Of a DNA stretch of 64,000 nt, positions 58,015 through 64,000 are shown one piece after another. The notes beneath the pieces are model-generated. The model was not told the origin of the DNA. It searched no databases and saw only the letters and a list, made by a program, of their open reading frames with translations. The first letter of the stretch is position 1, and every line of letters starts with the position of its first letter. Position numbers and translations under genes: made by a program. The stretch is from Candidatus Gastranaerophilales bacterium (lineage in GTDB: Bacteria > Cyanobacteriota > Vampirovibrionia > Gastranaerophilales > Gastranaerophilaceae). The DNA lies in assembly GCA_944324285.1 (NCBI GenBank), contig CALUVR010000003.1:1-64000 (forward strand), given 5' to 3'.

Positions 58015-58937
58015 AGGTCGTTATTCTGGGTAAAGGTTCAATGCTCTCTAACCTAATAAGAGGGGTTATGCTTGCTAATTGCGAAATCGCAGGTGTATTC
58101 AGGTATGAAAGATTAAAATTTCATCCGTTTGTTTTGAAACTTTATGATTTTTTTAAAAGTTCCTCTGAATATACTCTTATTAAAAAACACAAATTTCGTG
58201 ATTTGGCTTTTAATTCAGCGAATTCAGATGCCTTTAAGCGGTTTTTGATTAGGGAAAATATAGACCTTGTAATTGTCGGAACCTGGTCTGAAAAATTAAA
58301 AAAAGAAATAATTGATGTGCCGGTAATCGGGACGGTTAACGTTCATCCGTCGCTTTTACCAAAGTACCGCGGTCCAAATCCTTATCTGCAGACTATCTGG
58401 CATGGAGAGAAAAAATCCGGCGTAACATTCCATCTCATGACGGAAAAATTTGACAGAGGTCCTATTCTTGCTCAATCTGAAGTCGAAATTCTTGATGGGG
58501 ATACAGGTAAAGAGCTTAAAAATAAGACAGTTTTTCAAGCAAGACTTTTATGTTCTGAAGTTATCGGAAAACTCGGCGACGGGCTGGTTATTCCTGTTCC
58601 GCAGGATGAAAATCAGGCAAGTTATTTTGAAAATGTTAAGCCTGAAGATATGACTCTTAACTTTAAAAAAGAATCTTCTGCTGAATTAGTCCGCCACATA
58701 AGGGCTTTTCATCCGTGGCTTCCGGTTTATTTACAGTGCGGAGATTTGTTTTTTATAGTTAATCCTTATAACATAGAAATCGTTGATGGCAGCGGCGCGG
58801 CTGGCGAAATTATAGCTAAATCAAAGAAATCCCTTACCGTTGCAACTTTTGACGGAAAAGCTTTAAAAATGGATAATTTAAAGCTATATAAATTCCCGGC
58901 GTTAACGGATTTTGTAATTAGCCGGCTCTGCGTTTGA
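58011..58937 (+). CDS. formyltransferase family protein (Fmt-like)
   Basis: VNVHPSLLPKYRGPNPYLQTIWHGEKKSGVTFHLM formyl_trans_N core. ATGA overlap with the upstream gene. Confidence 0.7.
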   Translation: MKVVILGKGSMLSNLIRGVMLANCEIAGVFRYERLKFHPFVLKLYDFFKSSSEYTLIKKHKFRDLAFNSANSDAFKRFLIRENIDLVIVGTWSEKLKKEIIDVPVIGTVNVHPSLLPKYRGPNPYLQTIWHGEKKSGVTFHLMTEKFDRGPILAQSEVEILDGDTGKELKNKTVFQARLLCSEVIGKLGDGLVIPVPQDENQASYFENVKPEDMTLNFKKESSAELVRHIRAFHPWLPVYLQCGDLFFIVNPYNIEIVDGSGAAGEIIAKSKKSLTVATFDGKALKMDNLKLYKFPALTDFVISRLCV

Positions 58938-59664
58938 GAACTTTTTCCGAATATTTGCAGCTATGTTTTAGTTCCCAGGTTAAATCGGAACAATACTGGT
59001 AGTCCAGATTTCCGTTATAAATAACCCAGGCTGCGCAGGCAAAACCGGCATCTTTAATGCAGTGGTCTATGAAAAATTGGTTCCCGAATGTTGCGGGTGC
59101 ACCTGATGGAATAAGGCTATTCCCGAAGATATAAAAGTAGAAAAAATCTACTCCCACCTGATTAGGCGGTTTTGCACCGTTTATATCGACGTAAATCTGT
59201 CCGAAGTCACTGACCTCAGATGCTGATGATGTGTTAAACATTACCATTGTTCCGTCCGTAAGAATTACTGCAGAACGGTCAGGTAGTATGTTCCAGTTGA
59301 CGTACGAAGAACCGTCAAGATTTTTGTAGGTTCTGTTCGGGTAACAGCCTGCGCCGTTTTCGCAGACTTTTATGGTATTCAGATGCTTAACCAGATTATT
59401 AAGAAGGACTTTCTCTCCTCCTCCGCCTGATTCCATAGATATTCCCCAGCTTTTAACCTCTCCGTTCTCGGCGACTGCCTTCAACAGCGCCTGCTGTAGT
59501 ACGGAATATGTTTTTTGCAGCTGCGTTGTCGCTGTAGTATCTTTTATAATCGGATTTATAAAGCAATACATTATTGCTGCGATTATTCCTATAATCCCTA
59601 AGGTTATAAGAACTTCTGCAAGGGTAAAACCCTTATGTTTAAAAACGGAAGTCTCTTTCGCCAT
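58918..59664 (-). CDS. prepilin-type N-terminal cleavage/methylation domain protein (pilin-like paralog 4, canonical G-1)
   Basis: MAKETSVFKHKG|FTLAEVLITLGIIGIIAA. C-terminal VDINGAKPPNQVGVDFFYFYIF. Confidence 0.75.
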   Translation of the reverse strand: MAKETSVFKHKGFTLAEVLITLGIIGIIAAIMYCFINPIIKDTTATTQLQKTYSVLQQALLKAVAENGEVKSWGISMESGGGGEKVLLNNLVKHLNTIKVCENGAGCYPNRTYKNLDGSSYVNWNILPDRSAVILTDGTMVMFNTSSASEVSDFGQIYVDINGAKPPNQVGVDFFYFYIFGNSLIPSGAPATFGNQFFIDHCIKDAGFACAAWVIYNGNLDYQYCSDLTWELKHSCKYSEKVLKRRAG

Positions 59665-61057
59665 GTTCTATTTTTTCCAAATCTTCAATTACTATTCTTT
59701 TAATCTCAGGATTATCAAGAGTTTCAACTTCTTTTGCTATTAATTTGTTGCCGGCTTTTCTGGTTTCTTCGGACGCATAGTCTTCGAGGTATTCTTTGAG
59801 CGTCATGATTGCGTTCGGGTGGCAGAAGTTTTTAATCTGCTGATGTTTGCATATTTCCATAAATCTGTCGCCGGTTCTGCCTTTTCTGTAGCAGGCTGTA
59901 CAGAAGCTCGGCAGATAACCTAAATCCATAAGCCATTTGATTACTTCATCAAGCGGACGTCTGTCAGAGATATCGAATTGAGCTGAATTCTCATCTTCAG
60001 GCATAGGGTTAAAGTATCCCCCGACGCTTGTTTTTGAGCCGCCGCTCATCTGGGAAATTCCTAAATGAAGAAGTCTTTCTCTGCATTTTTCGGATTCTCT
60101 GGTTGAGATAATCATGCCTGTATATGGTGTTGCAATACGAATGCAGGCAACGATTTTTGCAAAAGTATCGTCGTCAATACCGTTATCAAAAGCTGATGGG
60201 TCTATGTCGTCTGCTTTTTTTATTCTCGGAACGCTTATTGCGTGCGGTCCGACGCCATAGGTTGCTTCAAGGTGTTCTGCGTGCATTAAAAGTGCTGTAA
60301 ATTCATATCTGTAGGATTCCAGCCCGAATAATACCCCGAGGCTTACATCATCAATTCCGCCCTGCATGGCTCTATCCATAGCTTCCGTATGGTAGGCGTA
60401 ATTGTGCTTAGGTCCTGTCGGGTGAAGTCTTTCGTAGGATTCTTTATTATATGTTTCCTGAAATAATACATAGGTTCCAATTCCTGCTTCGTGAAGTTTT
60501 CGGTAATTTTCCACGCTGGTTGCCGCAATATTTACATTTACGCGGCGTATTGAACCGTTTTTATGTTTTACACTGTATATTGTTTTCAAAGATTCAAGAA
60601 TATATTCTATAGGGTTGTTTACGGGATCTTCTCCAGCTTCTATGGCAAGTCTTTTGTGCCCCATATCCTGAAGTGCTATAACTTCGTTTTTTATCTCTTC
60701 CTGCGAAAGTTTGCGGCGCGGTATTGTTGAATTCTGTTTGTGATAAGGACAGTATACACAGCCGTTTACACAATAGTTTGAAAGATAAAGAGGGGCAAAA
60801 AGGACAATTCTGTTCCCGTAATAATCCTGTTTTATTTCATTTGCAAGCTTAAAGATTTCCTCATTTTTTTCAGGAATATCGCAGTCCAAAAGTACGGCGG
60901 CTTCTCTATGAGAAAGCCCCTGTCTTGTTCTTGCTTTTTCTAAAATTGAATCTATGAGTTCTTTATTATGTTTGTTTTTTTCTGCATAACTTAATGATTC
61001 TAAAACTTCTTCATGCGATATAAATTCTTCAGCTTTCTTAGATTTCGGATTATACAT
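59639..61057 (-). CDS. hydG: [FeFe]-hydrogenase maturase HydG (radical SAM tyrosine lyase, ThiH family)
   Basis: Radical SAM CVNGCVYC. C-terminal auxiliary cluster motif FCTACYRKGRTGDRFMEICKHQQIKNFC (CxxCx22C). About 470 aa. Confidence 0.75.
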   Translation of the reverse strand: MYNPKSKKAEEFISHEEVLESLSYAEKNKHNKELIDSILEKARTRQGLSHREAAVLLDCDIPEKNEEIFKLANEIKQDYYGNRIVLFAPLYLSNYCVNGCVYCPYHKQNSTIPRRKLSQEEIKNEVIALQDMGHKRLAIEAGEDPVNNPIEYILESLKTIYSVKHKNGSIRRVNVNIAATSVENYRKLHEAGIGTYVLFQETYNKESYERLHPTGPKHNYAYHTEAMDRAMQGGIDDVSLGVLFGLESYRYEFTALLMHAEHLEATYGVGPHAISVPRIKKADDIDPSAFDNGIDDDTFAKIVACIRIATPYTGMIISTRESEKCRERLLHLGISQMSGGSKTSVGGYFNPMPEDENSAQFDISDRRPLDEVIKWLMDLGYLPSFCTACYRKGRTGDRFMEICKHQQIKNFCHPNAIMTLKEYLEDYASEETRKAGNKLIAKEVETLDNPEIKRIVIEDLEKIEHGERDFRF

Positions 61058-61101
61058 AATTTACCTCTCCCTATATATTATCCATGTTAGTTCCCTGAAA
61101 A

Positions 61102-62379
61102 TTAAAAGTAAAGCACTACTGATTTTGAAATTTTCGGAATATCTATTGTGCGGGCGATTGCCAGTTTTTCTCCGACGTATTTCAAGTTCGGGAGTGTCGT
61201 TAAATTCGGCATATTTAAAAAGTTTGCAAGACGCCCGATGTATTCAAGATTATTTAGCGATTTTATTTTAGAATACATAAAGTTTGCATCATGTCCTATT
61301 TTCTTTAAGTCATTAACAATTGTGGCGTTTGAGCGGATAAAGTCGGCATTACCTTCTATTTCTGTGATATTTTGGAGCAACCTGTTTTCATCAATGCCTA
61401 AATCTTTATACGTAAACCCTTCATCAGGCTGTCCGTAGTGTGAAATGGTTAATGTTCCGTCAGGATTTCTTTTTGTTTCTATTCCGGCAGCTTTGAATAT
61501 TTCCTCCTGATTATTTTCTTTTATTGCAGCAGAAAGATTCGCCTTTAGGTTCAGGAATTTTTCTTTTGTATATTTTGCCTTTTCGAGTTTCATTAATTCA
61601 TTTCGGTTGGCTGTAAGTTTTTCTGATTTTATAAAATTTTCTATAATATCAACGTATTTGTAAGAGATTATTCCGTTATTCCCGCCGCACTGTATTGATT
61701 TAATCCCTTTATTGCCGGCATGGATAAAGAGTTTAGGTTCGCCTTTACTGTAATATATATAAAAGTCGCCTTGTTCCAGATATGCTTGAGAGTGCGTTGC
61801 TTTGGTACACCACTTGCGGCTTGAGAGAATTTTTAAATTTTCAAGATTTTTCTGAAAATTTTCAGGTGCGGTTTGTTTTGATGGGATTTTAATCCAGGCT
61901 GTATCTGTTTCTCCGGGGGTGCATTCCCCGCTTATAATGTAGTGTCTGAGCGTGTTTTCGTAGGTCTTTTTGAATTTTGTCCTGAAATTTTCTCTATTTT
62001 TTAAATATTCTAATGTTTTATTCAGAACTTTTCCGTTAAATATCGGCGGTTGTTCATGGTTTTCCGGAGATAGATGTGATGTTATACTTTCAAATATTTG
62101 AAGCGCAAGTTCAGGGTCTTTATTGTAGTAATTTCTTTTTAAATTATCTTTCCAGATGTCAAGACGGTAAATTCTGTCTATATTATCTCTGTCGAATTTT
62201 GAGTAATATTTGTTCAAATCAGTAATTTCATAGAATTTGTTGCGGGCTTTTCTTTTGGTTTCATAGTCTTGAGAGTGGCTGAAGGTATCAGGTTTCAGCG
62301 CGCAAAAACTTACGGAAGTTTGTCTTTGCACTCTCATCGGCTCTATCTTTCTTTGATAATTTATCGGGGTAATAATCAT
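61102..62379 (-). CDS. hypothetical protein (425 aa), C-terminal leucine-rich-repeat-like segment
   Basis: No confident motif. C-terminal LNNLEYIGRLANFLNMPNLTTLPNLKYVGEKLAI resembles a BspA-type LRR. Confidence 0.5.
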   Translation of the reverse strand: MIITPINYQRKIEPMRVQRQTSVSFCALKPDTFSHSQDYETKRKARNKFYEITDLNKYYSKFDRDNIDRIYRLDIWKDNLKRNYYNKDPELALQIFESITSHLSPENHEQPPIFNGKVLNKTLEYLKNRENFRTKFKKTYENTLRHYIISGECTPGETDTAWIKIPSKQTAPENFQKNLENLKILSSRKWCTKATHSQAYLEQGDFYIYYSKGEPKLFIHAGNKGIKSIQCGGNNGIISYKYVDIIENFIKSEKLTANRNELMKLEKAKYTKEKFLNLKANLSAAIKENNQEEIFKAAGIETKRNPDGTLTISHYGQPDEGFTYKDLGIDENRLLQNITEIEGNADFIRSNATIVNDLKKIGHDANFMYSKIKSLNNLEYIGRLANFLNMPNLTTLPNLKYVGEKLAIARTIDIPKISKSVVLYF

Positions 62380-62416
62380 GACGTTTAGATATAATGTTCC
62401 TGAATAAAATTTTTTG

Positions 62417-63466
62417 CTACTTTACTCTGCCGCCCCCTATAAGGTGTCCGTCATTAATATCGTAAAAAACCCCTGCTTGACCCGATGTCACTGAACTCAC
62501 AGGTTCGTAAAACTTTATTACAGCTTCTTTGCCTGAAAGTGTTACTTTTGCTTTTTGAGCCTTCATATTGTAGCGGATTTTTACCATAGCATCAAATTCT
62601 TCTCTTTTCTGCGGGTAAGAAAGCTTTAAATCACAAACTGTGAGGGAGGTTTTAAAATTATCTTCATTTTTTCCGAGGTATACAATATTTTTTTCAGCAT
62701 CAATTTTTATAACATACAAAGGGTAAGGTGCCGCAATCCCTATACCTTTGCGCTGACCTATTGTATAAAGGTAGCTGCCTTCATGTTCCCCCAGTTTTTT
62801 CCCGGTATTAATATCAATAAAATTGCCTTTTTTTATTCCGAATTTTTCTGTCAGATATTTTTTTGTTGTCACGGGTTTTTGGATAAAACAAATGTCCTGA
62901 CTATCTTTTGAAGATTTTGGCGGAAGATTATAATCAACGGCAATCCTGCGGACTTCATCTTTGCTGTAGCGGCTCAGCGGAAATTCTGTTTTGGAAAGTT
63001 CTTTTTGCCCTAGCCTGTATAAGAAATAAAGCTGGTCTTTATGTTCATCTTTGGCAGGATACAGTTTATAGAATCCGTCAGTATATTTAATTTCCGCGTA
63101 ATGCCCTGTCGCATAAATATCAGCGCCGCAGGTATTTATCGCGTAATCGAAAATTCCTCCCCATTTGAAAAATTCGTTGCATACAATACATGGGTTTGGA
63201 GTTTCTCCTTTAGCGTAAGAATTTTCAAAGTAATCCAAAACTTTTTTTTGAAAACTCTCGCTCATATCTAAAATATGGTGCTTAATTCCAAGTTTTTCCG
63301 CAACTTTTCTCGCATTTTCGCAGACAATATCAGAGGCAGAAGAATTTGTCATTCTGCCTGTTATACCTTCAACTTCGTATCCTTGATTTTGTAATAACAG
63401 CGCTGTAACCGAACTGTCAACACCGCCGCTCAGCGCAACAACCGCCTTCTTTTTCAAATTTTCCAT
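62417..63466 (-). CDS. mnmA: tRNA-specific 2-thiouridylase MnmA
   Basis: PP-loop KKAVVALSGGVDSSV. MnmA Cys residues and tRNA-binding C-terminus. Confidence 0.9.
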   Translation of the reverse strand: MENLKKKAVVALSGGVDSSVTALLLQNQGYEVEGITGRMTNSSASDIVCENARKVAEKLGIKHHILDMSESFQKKVLDYFENSYAKGETPNPCIVCNEFFKWGGIFDYAINTCGADIYATGHYAEIKYTDGFYKLYPAKDEHKDQLYFLYRLGQKELSKTEFPLSRYSKDEVRRIAVDYNLPPKSSKDSQDICFIQKPVTTKKYLTEKFGIKKGNFIDINTGKKLGEHEGSYLYTIGQRKGIGIAAPYPLYVIKIDAEKNIVYLGKNEDNFKTSLTVCDLKLSYPQKREEFDAMVKIRYNMKAQKAKVTLSGKEAVIKFYEPVSSVTSGQAGVFYDINDGHLIGGGRVK

Positions 63467-63560
63467 ATTTATAAATTATCATAAAAATAAAAAAGTTAGC
63501 GATTTAAAGATAAATACACAATCCTTTATATGTGGTGTACAATAATGTTAGAGAAAATAT

Positions 63561-64000
63561 ATGGCAAAAGAATACAGACTTAAACATTTATATTCAAATC
63601 TGGCGCTTGTTTTAACAGCGTTCATCCTCGGGTTGTCCTTTGTCGCTCAAAAAGCAGGTATGGAATATATCGGACCTTTTACCTTTAATACAATAAGAAA
63701 TTTTCTTGGCGGATTGAGCCTGCTTCCGATAATTTTTATTGCCAAAATTTATTCAGCCAAAAAGTATTCGCTGCCTGATGAGAAAATGAAAGACCGGTAT
63801 AAACTTCTTGCAAAAGGCGGGATTATATGTGGAATTTTGTTTTTTCTTGCGCTTTCAGTACATCAGTATTGCATGATTTACGCCCCTGCAGGCAAAGCTG
63901 GATTTATCACTGCGATGTATATTATTTTTGTACCCTTGATTTCTGTGTTTTTCTTTAAACGAAAATTAAAAAATAATGTTAAAATAAGTGTAATTCTTGC
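63561..64000 (+). CDS. EamA/DMT-superfamily transporter, N-terminal part (runs off window end)
   Basis: LALVLTAFILGLSFVAQKAGMEYIGPFTFNTIRNFLGGL, a typical EamA first repeat. Confidence 0.7.
   Translation, partial: MAKEYRLKHLYSNLALVLTAFILGLSFVAQKAGMEYIGPFTFNTIRNFLGGLSLLPIIFIAKIYSAKKYSLPDEKMKDRYKLLAKGGIICGILFFLALSVHQYCMIYAPAGKAGFITAMYIIFVPLISVFFFKRKLKNNVKISVIL

Overview
This 64 kb window is an AT-rich (about 39% GC) bacterial chromosomal segment, densely packed with about 60 protein genes on both strands. Most are housekeeping genes. They include a partial pyruvate:ferredoxin oxidoreductase, rlmD, recN, obg, tsaD, gshB, ribD, dnaX, rsmE, cca, nifS-nifU, glmU, an accD-accA-prmA-kdsB operon, smpB, recR-ybaB, mnmA, hydG and a sigma-70 factor. 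There are three tRNAs: Val-TAC, Ala-GGC and His-GTG. PFOR together with HydG points to an anaerobe; the content is Elusimicrobia-like, but that is inference only.

The stretches that are not ordinary are these:
- Four paralogous prepilin-type (type IV pilin-like) genes, all carrying the FTLAEVLITLGIIGI N-terminus and a shared C-terminal D(I/V)NGxK(P/A)PNxxGxDxF motif. Three sit head-to-head with small XRE-family HTH regulators, with palindromic operator-like sites between them.
- A tandem pair of about 570-aa paralogous multi-pass membrane proteins with no recognisable domain (31003-34424), behind a 337-bp structured AT-rich leader.
- A composite family of GC-rich hairpin and heptamer repeats (CCCTCTCCC-loop-GGGAGAGGG-TNGGGTGAGGGGG, (GTGARGR)n, GTCATTCTGAGGGCGMAGCCC, TAGCCGAAGCAAT). 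It fills two large intergenic regions, 17.9-18.6 kb and 53.2-53.8 kb, in mutually inverted orientation, with smaller copies at 24.3 kb and 38.1 kb.
- One 19-nt hairpin of that family (CCCCCCTTTACAAGGGGGG) that recurs in-frame inside the rsmE coding sequence.
- REP-like 20-nt palindromes (GTTGGGCAGGTATGCCCAAC) in three copies.

No CRISPR array, rRNA, transposase or integrase was seen. No tmRNA was detected next to smpB.
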